Source of the DNA: Octopus sinensis
Lineage: Eukaryota
Reading direction: 5' to 3'
DNA length: 34,632 bases
Assembly (NCBI RefSeq): GCF_006345805.1
Contig: NW_021831963.1
Span: forward strand, 1-34,632
The stretch's first letter is position 1. Each line of letters begins with the position of its first letter. The notes under the pieces were generated by a model. The model saw nothing but the letters and a program-made list of their open reading frames with translations, searched no databases and was not told the origin of the DNA. The translations under genes and the position numbers were made by a program. Below are positions 1 to 11,967 of the stretch, piece by piece.

Positions 1-197
1 TGGACCGCATGCACCGTGACATGTTGACATTAAAACCCAGTCAACCGGACCGAATGTGCCCTTCGCCTACTCCACAAAAAGTAGAGAAATTTATGTCCAA
101 GGACATACACGGCCGCCCTATATTCAGTGCTAGGTTCGATGTCCGGCAGTTTGAGCCTCAAGAAATCGAAGTCCGAATAGCGGAACATAAATTAAAG
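1..197 (+). CDS. Small heat-shock protein (HSP20/alpha-crystallin family), internal exon; begins upstream of the window and encodes the N-half of alpha-crystallin domain A
   Basis: Open frame from position 3: DRMHRDMLTLKPSQPDRMCPSPTPQKVEKFMSKDIHGRPIFSARFDVRQFEPQEIEVRIAEHKLK. The 'FDVRQFEPQEIEV' motif is the typical ACD beta3-beta4 signature. GT donor at 198 (AAG|gtaaat), phase 0. Confidence 0.88.
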
Positions 198-339
198 GTA
201 AATGGTATTATTTAAATATTCTTTTATTATTGAAATTGGGAGCCTAAGTGAGAGTGCAATTAGCTTAGTAGGTGAAATATTGGACAACTATTCAGGAGAC
301 CGAGGTTCGTACCCTCCTATTGACTATAGGTATGCATAC

Positions 340-395
<56 letters not shown>

Positions 396-1141
396 CAAAA
401 CTTTTAGAAAGGAAGTTAAAATATAATAGAGTATAATATTTGTAATAACATACACAAATACACACAAGCAGATCTGTCTATTGAACAATTGATCAATCAA
501 TCTGTTACGTTTTAGTCCTATAAATAAGCTTTGGAATTTATTCACGTCCTCGAAAAAAACAATTGATTTTCAGATGGTTTGCAGTACCTTGGTTGTAAAT
601 ATATCAAAATGCATAGCTGTCAGGTTACTCTCAACAAGAAATGGGTACACTGTAAAATTAAACAAATGTTTCTATTTTGCTTCAATGAGTTCAACCACTA
701 TGATGAATAAAGCTTTGAAACGGATGATGCTGAGTCAAACTGCTTTTATCTCATCCATTGACCAGGACTCAATCACCAATCCACAAACGCCATGTCTCCT
801 CAGTCTTGTTCATTTACCATTATTGCAGCAGCCTCTACTACTCGGCATTAACTAACTGCTTACCACCTCTGCCCAAGCCGTTTTGTCACAACGGTCTCGT
901 CTCCTCTCGTTACTCGTTTTTGTGCCTCCTCTTCCCGGCACCACATTAAACACAATGCTTATTCCATCATCCACAGAGCATTAATCCTCTAGAATTCTCT
1001 TCTTGCCCATGTTTGCCCTTCAATTGTCGTCTTTGAGCAGTTGACGATAAATGTCGTCCGCTTCAGTCTGACTTACCTGTGGGAACCTATGAAAGTCACG
1101 AACACAATCTCTTCTCCTGGAGTAACATCATTTTAAAAATT

Positions 1142-1340
1142 GCATACAGAAGGCAGTGTGCTAACAGAATAGTTAGATCGTCAGACAAATTGCTTTGCGG
1201 TAATTCTTCCGACGATTGACGCTTCATGTTCTGATTTCAAGCCCCGCCAGATCAACTTTACCATTTAGCCATCAACAAATTGTAAAATAAACTACCAATA
1301 GAGTATTAAAGTTGAATTTATCGACTAATCTCCTCCTACA
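1142..1340 (+). mobile_element. Diverged tRNA-derived SINE (family A, Meta-domain-like)
   Basis: Degenerate match to the family A head and core (aggcagtgtgctaacagaatagttag...gttctgatttcaa...ccgccagatcaacttt...aaaataaactacca); a near-relative copy is at about 8248-8430. Confidence 0.55.
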
Positions 1341-1529
1341 CAATAAAGAATTTTGCATATTTGTCAAATGGAAAGCCTCAAACCGATGTACGTTTCGTGT
1401 ACGATGAAAAGAAAGGGAATTCGATGTGGTCCAGTGAGCTGCAGAACACTTTAAATTTCCGTCCAAACATAAATAATTTTATGTCTCAAGGTATATGACC
1501 AAAAGTCTTTAATGTTGCTCTTTTGAGCA

Positions 1530-1930
1530 AGGCTTATGGGACTTACCACTACAATCACCACCTTAGTCGCCGCCACTAGCACTATCATTAATACAATCGT
1601 TAGTATACTAACACCACCACCTCCATCATCATCTCCATCACTACTGCCATCACCATCCTCAGCATCGGCATTACTATCGTCATCTCTACCTCCATCACTA
1701 TCGTCGGCACCACCACCACCACGACTACATCCATCACAGTTATCATCATGATGATGATCATCATCACTATCATTACATCGTCATAAATAACTTTTATCAT
1801 TAAAGTTTTATCTTTTGTGACAACATGGCACCTAATGATGTTGATTACACACAGATGCGATTGACAGTTGAAATGTTCTCTACACCTGCCATCACGACCA
1901 TCTCCACCACCCACCCCCACCACCATCACA
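1530..1930. repeat. Degenerate (ACC/ATC)n trinucleotide low-complexity tract
   Basis: Runs of acc/atc/cat; the ORFs here are Ser/Pro- or Val/Met-rich artefacts. Confidence 0.85.
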
Positions 1931-3151
1931 GTTCATTGAACCTTTTGTTATTCACTTAATACACTAATGCAAGGGAGAGAGAGGAGTAAAGCGATGACAG
2001 AAAAATGCCTTCATCATTATTATTATCAATTTTATCAGGTGCAGCCATTTCCATTTCTAATTTTCATATATATATTTTTTTTTTGCATGATTTTTGTATA
2101 ATTGTTTTCCCATGTGTTTGTTAAATATTTTTTAAGAATGAGAAAAACAGAACACATCCCCCATCCCCGAAAAAGAAAGAAAGATATTGCTGGCTGAAGG
2201 TTATTTACAAGATTTTTTTCTTGGCCAGTGATATCGTATATAACGTCTGCTTTATCAGATGCCATGTTGTCAAACGCCATTTTATCACAAGCACAAATGT
2301 TAAAAAAAAATAATAACAGCAGTAAAATACCACGTTCGAAATATCGTGTTCTTGTGTAGCCACACACACAAGTGCGCACATCAACACATTTTGCGTAAAA
2401 CATGTTTCATATATGAATACACACACATATTTTTTCAATTTTATGTGTGTGTGTATCATTCAACTACGGAAGTAGAATAATAATATTCTTTACTCAGGCG
2501 CAGCATCTTTCAGAGCTTGTCGCTAATTCAATTCTTAACCAAATTGAAGAGGACTAGTCCCTAGTTACATTTTGGCATTAAGAAATTGAGATTTGATCCA
2601 GTAGAAAAAAGTTTACATCAAAATTTGTAGCAATATTATAGGAGAGTAAGTAACACCTCCAATCAAGTTTAGATCGAAATAACTTTTTTATTCTAAAAGC
2701 AAAATATATTCATCTTTGCTTCAAGGATAGAAGAAAGCTTGAAGAATTTCATAGTTTTGTTCCCATGTAACAAAAATTTGTATCCAAAAAGTTGTGAGGT
2801 AAAATATGAAAAAATATAAGGTAAAAAATTGGATTTAAGTATAATTAACTTTTAATTTTAAAAACAAACTATATTTTAATTAAGTTTAAATAATAAAAAT
2901 CAGTTCGAGGAATTTCATGATATCAATATCATGCAATGAAGTTTTAAAAGAAAAAGTTATGAGTTTGTTTCTCAAAGTTGAGGGTGATAATATAATTCTA
3001 TACTTTTTTATGAATATAGTTCTATAAAGGGACTTTTAATATATATCACCGGCGTCATTGAGGTAAGGAAATAATTATCAACGACACCGCTAATTGACAC
3101 AATTGACACATTATAAATTAGCATATTAGCATAGTCTGGAAAAAAACATGG

Positions 3152-5277
3152 ATTACATGGAAAAATGCAAGCAAAAGAAATAATATTCTTAAGATTATAA
3201 ACCTGGAAAATTACAGGACAAGTTATTACATCTGGTAAAGAACAGAACAAGAAAATTTTTACTTAAAATATTGCAGCTAAGGATAAAATTTGAATATTAA
3301 AAATTATTTGATTTTTATTTACAAAGTAGCATTATAATTAAAAAAGGACCTTCATTTTATTAAAATATTGACACACTAGAATACTTTAAAAATGAGAGCC
3401 AGAAATACCAATATAGCTGAAGTTTTATGTAAAATAGAATAGTATACATGGTAGGCAAATTCCTTATGTAAGAAATAGGCATTAGGTCAAGACTAAAAAT
3501 GTTGAGACTTGGTAATAACTTAAGCAATAACTCAAGCAAATTTTACTGTGAATTTATTAAAGGTAGATTTTACTGTAGTATATAATTAACTTTTATATTA
3601 TTCAATTTATTGTACTATGTACTACTTTTATTTTTTATAACTTATTTTCAAATTTCTAAATATTTTGAGTTATTTTAAATTTTTAATAGAAGTAAAAAGT
3701 AATAACAAATAGAAGTAATAACTTGTAATAACATTTTTAGTTTCAATAAAAGCTAATATTTTGTAAATCTAAATATTTTATTTGAAATTTTATCCTTAGC
3801 TGCAATATTTTAAGTAATAATTTTCTTGTTCTGTACTTTACCAGATGTAATAAGTTGTCCTTCAACAATGATGCTACTCCGGAGCAGTGGAAAACTGCCA
3901 GTGTCATTCCTCTGTTCAAAAAGGGCGACCGCACATCACCTGTCAACTATCGCCCAGTCAGTCTCACTAGCTGTATTGCAAAACTGATGGAATCGTGTGT
4001 CAGAGAAACACTCTGGAACTTCTGGAGTTCTCACAGTCTCATCCGACCCTCACAATATGGATTTGTCCCTAACTCCAGCTGCAGTGATCAGCTTGTCGAG
4101 TTCCTTGAGGACATTACTCAGATCACTGACAGTGGCTCATGGGTGGATGTTGTCTACCTTGACTTTGCTAAGGCTTTCAACTCTGTGCCACACAAAAGGC
4201 TTATGGTGAAACCTCTGCAATGGGTGTGAGTGATGACCTTTTTAACTGGTTGAAATCCTTCATTCTCAGCCGAAAGAGGTAGTCACAGTTCTAGGACAGC
4301 ATTCTACACCATATGAGTTGTCATCGGGTGTACCACAAGGATCTGTCCTTGGTCCCCTCTTGTTTGTGGCATACATTAATGACATAGATGCCAATTTAAA
4401 GAATGCCACAGTATTGAAATATGCAGACGACATCAAGCTGTACCTTGAATCAAGAGGACAGATCCTGATGTCTACAACTCTTTCCTGCAATCAGACCTAG
4501 ACACAATGCAGCATGGATCACAGACTGGCAACTGAAACTGGCTGTGGACAAGTGTACCACCATGCATTTTGGGAGAAAAAAACCTGTGTCCACATACTCC
4601 CCCACAACACTGATATCAAGAAATCCTCTTGCGAGCGTGACCTAGGCATCACTGTCAGTAGTGATTTGCGTTGGACAAGCATATCTCTAAAATTGTCAAG
4701 AAGGCCGAGGGTGTCTTGGCATCACTCAGCAAGACTTTTGTTAGCCGCTCTCCAGCCATCTATTTAAAACTGTATACAGCTATGGTACGACCACACTTGG
4801 AATTCGCATCATCAGTTTGGAACCCCTATCTTGCTCAAACATTGACCTCCTGGAATCTGTCCAGAGACGTGCAACCAAACGCATACCCTCCATCAGACAC
4901 CTACCATATTCTGAGCGCCTTGTTTCCCTGGGCATGGATTCACTGAAGCTCCGGCGTCTGGCGACGGACTTGGTAAACACCCACAAAGTTATCAACCACC
5001 TCACCAACAACAACACTGAACACCTTTTTGATCTCCATGTGTCTAACACACGTGGACATGCCTACAAAGTCAGAAAGCAACACAGCTCCCATGACTTTCG
5101 GAAAATATTTTTTCACGCTCAGAGTTGCTGAAGCATGGAATAAACTGCCTGCGTCAGTTGTTGACTGCCATGACACTGCATCCTTTAAGGCCCTCGTGCT
5201 TTCCGGAATCCGCCGAAACTACACCTGATTATATATACACTTTAGATGAGTTGTAGTGCACCTGAGCACTGTACACA

Positions 5278-5316
<39 letters not shown>

Positions 5317-5388
5317 ACTTGTCCTGTAATTTTCCAGGTTTATAATCTTAAGAATATTATTTCTCTTGCTCACATTTTTCCATGTAAT
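3152..5388. mobile_element. AT-rich foldback/MITE-like element whose right arm is split by a LINE
   Basis: 3152-~3300 is the reverse complement of 3775-3861 joined to 5314-5388 (e.g. acctggaaaattacaggacaagttattacatctggtaaag pairs with ctttaccagatgtaataa|cttgtcctgtaattttccaggt). Confidence 0.8.
3862..5313 (+). mobile_element. 5'-truncated, frameshifted CR1/L2-type non-LTR retrotransposon (RT domain and C-terminus)
   Basis: Motifs [118 protein letters not shown] are split over several frames. (ATT)n tail at ~5277-5313; 12-bp TSD ATAA(G/C)TTGTCCT at 3850-3861 and 5314-5325. Confidence 0.92.
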
Positions 5389-5463
5389 AAATATATATAT
5401 ATATTATGCGTCTATGTATGCATGTATATGCACCTATATGTATGCATGTATGTGGTGTGCATG

Positions 5464-5495
<32 letters not shown>

Positions 5496-5506
<11 letters not shown>

Positions 5507-5845
5507 CTCATTTTAGTCACTAGATTGAGGCATTGCTGGGGCACTGCCTTGAAGAATTTTTAGTCGAATAAATCAACCCCTGAACACATTTTTATGCTAG
5601 GCCTGATGCTTAATCTATCAGTTTCTATTGCTGAACTGCCAAGTTACGGAAACGTAAACAAATCTACACTGGTTGTCAAGCGGTAGTATGGGACAAACGC
5701 GCGCGCGAACACACACACATACACACACACACACATACGATAGGCTTCTTTCCGTTTCCATCTACCAAATCTATTCACAAGTCTTTGGTCGGCCCAAGGC
5801 TATAGTAGAAGTGGGAAGCAGGCTTCTTACCACACAACCACGTTT
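5496..5845 (-). mobile_element. tRNA-derived SINE, family B (CORE-like 'ccttgggcaagtgtc' type with internal (TG)n)
   Basis: Reverse complement matches the other family B copies (6537, 10718, 11118, 25585): head gtgtggtaagaagc..., internal (CA)n, tail ...tgactaaaatgagta. Confidence 0.75.
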
Positions 5846-6104
5846 ATATATATATATAGGCGATCTTTCGTTTTAAGATCATAATGTGCAAGTGAAATAT
5901 TTCCCATTAAATATAAATGAATTGAAAGCGAATGCTACCTTATTTTATCTGTATAATGAAAAAGTCCAAGTGATTGATGATGATTTGCCAAAGGTCCCAG
6001 TGCTTTACGATGAAATGAAGATCATTATGATTTATATTTATACGTAAACTCTGAATGATTTAATGCTAATATTAAATATGAAAGCAATATTTACTTTGTA
6101 ACTA

Positions 6105-6320
6105 AGGCGGTGAGTTAGCAGAATCGTTAGCACGCCGAGCAAAATGTTTAACGGCATTTCGTTTGACTTTACGTTCTGAGTTCAAATTCTGCAGAGGTCC
6201 ACTTTGCCGTTCATCCTTTCGAGGTCGATAAAATGCGTAGTAGTTGAACACTGGAGGCGGGAGGGCGATCTAATCAGCTTGTCGCCTTCCCGGAATTGAT
6301 GGCCTTGTACCAAAATTTTA
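6105..6320 (+). mobile_element. tRNA-derived SINE, family A (Meta-domain-like)
   Basis: aggcggtgagttagcagaatcgttagcacgccg head, B-box-like gagttcaaattc, core ctttgccgttcatcctttcgaggtcgataaaat. Confidence 0.8.
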
Positions 6321-6536
6321 AATATTTAATTTGTAACACGGCACGAAAATTTACGTATTGCCGATTTTGTACGAAAACTTACGGAAATCTGGACGGATGC
6401 TTTCCTTTTCACTTCGTGATCTTAATGCGATAAATTGTCATTGTAAATTTAGTAACAAATGCGATGTTTTCTATATAATCAATAAAACTATTGTCATTTT
6501 TGACGATCCGGTATGCTACAATATTTAAAATACGCA

Positions 6537-6907
6537 TGACTGTGTGGTTAAGAAGTTCGCCTTGCAGCCAGTAGTTTCGGGTTCATCCCTGCAGTCTGGC
6601 ACATTGAGCAAGTGTCTTTTGCTGTAGCCCCACGCCTACCAATGCCTTGTGAGTGAATTTAATCGATGGAAACTGTGCGGAAACTCGTTACATATATGTA
6701 TGTGTGTGTCTTCATGTTTCTCTTAGTCCTTCATCACCGCTTGACACCCGATATTGGTTCATTTATGTCCCCGTAACTGAGCGGTTCGGCAATAGACCGA
6801 TAGAATAAGTACCAGACATAAAAATGTGTACTGAGGTTGATTTGTTCGATTAAACTGTTATACGATATTTAATTGGCCGCAGTCCAATGACTCAAACAAG
6901 TAAAAGG
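6537..6907 (+). mobile_element. tRNA-derived SINE, family B
   Basis: gtgtggttaagaagttcg head, acattgagcaagtgtc core, tail gcagtccaatgactcaaacaagtaaaag. Confidence 0.78.
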
Positions 6908-6956
6908 TGCATATAAGAAAAATATGTAAAATATAATGTAAATAATACACACACAC

Positions 6957-6987
<31 letters not shown>

Positions 6988-6994
6988 TGTGTCA

Positions 6995-7210
6995 GAGACG
7001 TTAGCACGCCGGGCGAAGTGCTTCGCGGTATTTCGCCCGTCGCTACGTTCTGGGTTCAAATTCCGCCGAGGTCGACTTTGTCTGTCAACCTTACGGGATC
7101 TATAAATAAAGTACCAGTTACGCACTGGGGTAGATGTAATCGACTTAATCCGTTTGTCTGTCCTTGTTTGTCCCCTCTATGTTTAGCCCCTTGTGGGTAA
7201 TAAAGAAAAA
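6995..7210 (+). mobile_element. tRNA-derived SINE, family A
   Basis: acgttagcacgccgggcgaa...gggttcaaattccgccgaggtcgacttt...gtttagccccttgtgggtaataaagaaaa; the same family recurs at 19552, 29945 and 33860. Confidence 0.85.
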
Positions 7211-7212
7211 AA

Positions 7213-7245
<33 letters not shown>

Positions 7246-7447
7246 ATATATATATTCACAATGTAATTATTAACAATATAAATTCTTTACTTAAAAATAT
7301 TAACTAACAATATATAACAAGCAGACATAAATAATACAGTTAGACAACCTTAAATGCTTTCACCAAACATTTTATAGTATCTCTCCCTCTGTCTTTCTCT
7401 CACTGTCTCTTTCTCTCACTGTCTCTTTCTCTCTCTTTCTATCTAAG

Positions 7448-7963
7448 GTCCATGCCAAGCACGAAAAGAAAGATGGCGACTCGACAGAAGTCATTGAGTA
7501 CAGTCGTAAAGTTAGCTTGCCGCCTAAAATTGACTTGAAAAGCATGAACTGCGTTTTATCTTCGGACGGCTACTTGACCACAGAAGCGCTAGTAGCACCA
7601 CCTAATTACATCAACTTTGATGAAGAATTTCCTTCTATAGCAAACAGCAGTCCAACACGATTACTGAATATCAACATGCTGCATCCTGAAAGAACATCTC
7701 CTCGTTTACCAAGGAGGGATTACGAAAGTATCAACCAGAAATTCAGAACCGAAGTCGACGTATCAGATTTCCAACCGGAAGACGTTAAAATTACTACTCA
7801 AAACCAAAAGATAATAATCAAAGCCAAACGTGAAGAGAAAGTGGGAGGTCGAACAACTTCAAAAGAATTCAACAAGGAAATTGCTATTCCAATACCAAGG
7901 AATCCAGAAAAAATTAAAGCATTTTTTTCAGCTAGTGGTAAGCTCATTCTTGAAGAATCGTAA
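7448..7963 (+). CDS. Small heat-shock protein, terminal exon: rest of ACD-A, a linker and a complete second ACD (p40/major-egg-antigen-like tandem-ACD sHSP)
   Basis: A CT-rich polypyrimidine tract (about 7380-7440) ends in ctaag|GTC at 7448, in frame with ORF 7517-7963. Translation: VHAKHEKKDGDSTEVIEYSRKVSLPPKIDLKSMNCVLSSDGYLTTEA...KFRTEVDVSDFQPEDVKITTQNQKIIIKAKREEKVGGRTTSKEFNKEIAIPIPRNPEKIKAFFSASGKLILEES*. Splicing restores the continuous ACD 'HKLK|VHAKHE'. Confidence 0.9.
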   Translation, partial: VHAKHEKKDGDSTEVIEYSRKVSLPPKIDLKSMNCVLSSDGYLTTEALVAPPNYINFDEEFPSIANSSPTRLLNINMLHPERTSPRLPRRDYESINQKFRTEVDVSDFQPEDVKITTQNQKIIIKAKREEKVGGRTTSKEFNKEIAIPIPRNPEKIKAFFSASGKLILEES

Positions 7964-8089
7964 AAAAAAATATTTAAAAAAAAAACTCTCAAATCATTAT
8001 CTGAATTATCTGAAAAAAAACGTGAAATTAAATCATTTTCTGTAATATTCTGATAGAAATTCGTTTGATATTTTATTACGTCTCTTTAT

Positions 8090-8430
8090 GTCCTGAATTC
8101 AAATTCCTCCAGAGTTCATTGTGCTTTCATTTTTACCAGGGTCGATAAAATAAAGTACCAGTCAAGTACTGGCATTATTATGAATAACAATAACCTTCTC
8201 TTCCAAATCTGTAGTATTGTGCGTATACTAGAAACCATTGTCATAAAGCATACAGAAGGCGACTTACTGGCAGAATAGTTAGATCGTCGTACGAAATGTC
8301 TCGCAGTCATTCTTCTGACGATTAACGCTTCATGTACTGATTTCAAACACCGCCAGATCAACTTTACCATTCATCCATTTACAAATGATAAAATAAACTA
8401 CCAATAGAGTACTGGGGTTGGAAGTATCGC
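8090..8430 (+). mobile_element. Two adjacent diverged family A SINE fragments
   Basis: Core fragment gggtcgataaaataaagtaccagt (8139-8162), then a second head/core from 8248. Confidence 0.55.
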
Positions 8431-9907
8431 CTAATTTCTTTCTTCCCAAAAAGGCGTACGTTTTGTGTACTATGTAGAGAAAGAAATTCAATGAGCTACG
8501 GGGCACTTTAAATTTCCCTCCAAGCATAACTAATTTTAATGACTCAATGTCTATAGCCCAAACACGTCATCTGCGTACAAAAAGTAAGAGTAAAGTTACA
8601 GCCATATTTCTTTTAATATCGAATTAATTAATGCCTATACGGTGATTAGAAGACAACATTAACTCATTTCATGGTATGTTCTTGTTGAACATATCAGTTG
8701 AACTTTTGTCGACGCAAACCGTTTCAAGTTTTTTGTGCCTCGGATATTAAAAATTTTGCGTTTATATGTATTTGATATCTAGTTTAGCGTATTAAAAAAA
8801 TTAACAAAATTGATAATAGTGTAATTTATAGTTTACAAATATTATCGTTAATAATATTTAGAAAAAAATTGTTCGTGTCTGATTCTGCAAGAATTCTCAA
8901 ATTTCATCTAAACAAATTCTTTTCTGTATTTGAAATTTTAAAAATATTTTTATCAAAAAAATTTCCATTTTTTTTACCATCAAAACCAGAGCAAAGTCAG
9001 TTTCATGTAGCAAAATATTTTAATAAAATACAAAATGGTTTAACATTTCGCTAAGTCTTTTACTGTTTGTTTTAAAATGTTTTATTTTATGCACTTCTTT
9101 TAATTTTTTAATTTCGCTCAACTCAATTCAAAACAACACTAATTCGACTAGTCCTTTGACACGCAAAAAATCTCATAACGTGTTGTTATGTTCACTTGGT
9201 TTAATAATATTTGTTGAATAGATTTGTTGAATAGATTATTTCATTGTTGAACAAAACACGTTTTAATTAACCTAATTACCAATTAAAATATGGTATAATA
9301 GTATGCGAATTACTTTGCCGGGCAGCGAGAGGTAAGTTGTCAGTTTTCCAACCACAATGCCAGCCTTAGGCCAATCGACTTACTTCAATAATTGCTGTCT
9401 GTTTGTGTTCTCTGTGTGTTTTTAATTTTAGAGTAAATTTTGACCAGCCACCTACTTGGTAGCAAGGAAAGTATTTTCTTTTAACCATCATCCTTTAAAT
9501 TTTAAGGTCTTGCAGATTTTTATAGTTTCATATCTCGTGATCATTTGTAGCATATGAATTAAAGATTTGCATTCTCTCCTCGAGATCCACATTTCAGCCA
9601 TATTTTGCTCCAGACAGATTTCTATGTATCCTGTTGCTCCAATAATAATAGGTATAAAGCTGAAAGTGTATCTGGATTTACAAACTCTTTATCAATGGAC
9701 CATAGATGTCCTCTTTGTCATGGGTACAAGATATCTATACTGAAATCCCTACTAACAGGAGTCTTTAATTTTTTATCTCCAGAAGTTTTAAAACAGGAAG
9801 TCCAAAGAATTTTTTTTTAAATTGGTTAATAATGGATTTCTAATATGTGAGTATGCCAAGCAAAAGAGCAATGCAAAAACAAATATACTCCCATAGATAT
9901 AACAGGT

Positions 9908-10237
9908 AGTTAAAGAACCCCTTCGGTCACAAATGATTATAGGATTGCACCTAGAAAAGTTCCCCCCGAGGCACAGGTCCGGGTCAAGTTGTTTTGTGGA
10001 AGACCAGCAGTCCCCCATATTTCCACTCCCCTCTCTACGCCACCAATGTTATCCAATGGAAAAGGCAGAGCCCGATACAGCTTGTCACCAGGGACGTCGC
10101 AATTTTTTTCTACAGCTGAGCGAATCGGAGCAATATGAAATAAAATATCTTGCTCAAGAACACAACACACAACCCAGTCGGGAATCGAACTCACAACCTT
10201 GCAATTCTAAGCCCGATGCTCTAACCACTGCGCCAGC
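9908..10237 (-). mobile_element. tRNA-derived SINE, family C
   Basis: Minus-strand head gctggcgcagtggttagagcatcggg...gagttcgattcccgac (A/B boxes), central gttcttgagcaag...cagctg domain; second copy at 26983-27216. Confidence 0.8.
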
Positions 10238-10717
10238 TACAATATGCAGTAAAAGTTCACGATGGCAATGAACTAAATGTATCCTAGTCACAGAATAGAT
10301 GAATACACCATTGAAAACACGTATACGACAGATACAAAAGATATACAATGCTTTAAACGTAGCTATAAATAATAATCAGTATATATTACAAAATACTGTA
10401 ATCAAAAAACCTTCTCATCAACACGTGATCTAAACTTGTAAGCCATGAAAAGTATTTCAGACAAACCAATGTAATACAGAAATTTCCATGTAAACATGAA
10501 AGTTGTAAACTTCATAATACAAAGTATTACAGTGGACAAAAGTGCGATACTTTCCTCTTAGCTGAGCATACATTTACAACAAAAGACTCTCCCAAAACAG
10601 AAGCTGAAACCAAACTAAATTGAAAAGCATTGGTTGCTAACATCAACATTTTATATATAGAGAGAGAATTTCAGAAAGACAGAATGTAGAAGATTAACGA
10701 TGGAAACTTAACAGGCA

Positions 10718-10864
10718 CAGGCGTGGGCAGTGTGGAAAGAAGTTTGCTTCCCAACCAAATTGTTTCGGATTCAGTGCCATTGCGTGGCACCTTGGGCAGG
10801 TGTCTTATACTATTGCTTGTGAGTGGATTTAGTAAACGGAAACTGAAAGAAGCCCGCTGCGTAA

Positions 10865-10898
<34 letters not shown>

Positions 10899-11095
10899 GT
10901 GCATGTGTGTGTTTGACAACTTCTTGACAACCGGTGTTGGTTTGTTCACGTCTTTAATGTAACGGCTTGGCAAAAGAAGGCATTAGAATAAGTACCAGAC
11001 TTAACAAAGAAAAGTACTGGGTTTGATTTGTTCGACTAACATGCTTCAAGGTGGTGCTCCAGCATGACCACAATCCGATAAAAGATAAATAACAA
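10718..11095 (+). mobile_element. tRNA-derived SINE, family B
   Basis: gtgtggaaagaagtttgcttcccaacc...gtggcaccttgggcaggtgtc; internal (GATA)n. Confidence 0.8.
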
Positions 11096-11117
11096 AACTC
11101 AAACCAAAAATCAACAC

Positions 11118-11490
11118 CCTGTGTGGTAAAAAGTTTGCTTCCCAGCCACATGGTCTTGGGCTCAGCCGCACTGCGTGGCACCTTGGACAGGTGTCTTCAA
11201 CTATAGCCTCGAGCCAACCAAAGCCTTGTGAGTAGATTTGGTAGATAGAAACTGAAAGAAGCTCATCGTGTATGTGTGTGATTGTCCCCCACCACCTCTT
11301 GGCAACCAGTGTTGGTGTGTTTGCGTCTCCTTAACATAGCGGTTCGACAAAAAGTGACTGATAGAATAAGTACCAGGCGTTAAAAGAAAATATGTACTGG
11401 GGTCGATAAGTTCGACTAGACCTCCTCAAGGTAGTGTCTCAGCATGGCCGCTGTCTAATGACTGAAACAAGTAAAAGATAAAAGATAAAA
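11118..11490 (+). mobile_element. tRNA-derived SINE, family B (in tandem with the previous copy)
   Basis: gtgtggtaaaaagtttgcttcccagccacatgg...aatgactgaaacaagtaaaagataaaagata. Confidence 0.82.
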
Positions 11491-11967
11491 AAAGGTACTC
11501 ATCAAATAAATTATAAATCCGGTGACAATAATTTTTAGCATTAGCATAATTATCCTTGTTTCGACAACGTGGCAATTAAAAGCACCACTATCATCACTTC
11601 ATGCAGAAGATGAGACCGAGATCTCAAAATTTTAATGGACATAGAACTGTTATTGTTAAATAATAAATAGATATGCCCAAGAGAAAAGTCTTATAAGGTA
11701 ACACGACAAATTCTTAAATTAAAAAGTTTTGGCTTGAATGCACATCTTTTAAACATATATTGAAAATGCTTCAAGCTTTCAATGAAATACATTTGAAAGA
11801 AACGATGATCTATGTCTATTTATATATCTATCCATCTATCTCTATCTCTCCTTCTCTATCTCTCTCCTCTCCCTCTCTCTCTCTCTATCCTGTGCTCTCC
11901 CTCTCTTTCTTTCGCCCTCTCACTCCCTTTCTCTCTCCCTCTCTCTCTATATATATATCACTGACAG

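Larger units (their letters stand above)
198..7447 (+). other. 7250-bp GT-AG phase-0 intron of the sHSP gene, filled with TE debris
   Basis: Donor gtaaat at 198 and acceptor ctaag at 7443-7447; the join gives an in-frame ACD. Confidence 0.85.

Noticed and set aside
202-545. ORFs with CVCV/HTHT runs, here and throughout (e.g. 21529-22292, 31884-33682)
   Set aside because: They are translations of (TG)n, (TA)n and (ATT)n microsatellites, not genes.
1536-1929. Pro/Ser-rich or Val/Met-rich protein ORFs
   Set aside because: Degenerate trinucleotide repeat inside the sHSP intron.
10154-10237. tRNA gene (and similar heads at 16790-16858)
   Set aside because: These are tRNA-derived SINE heads: A/B boxes are present, but there is no acceptor-stem pairing and they run into SINE bodies.
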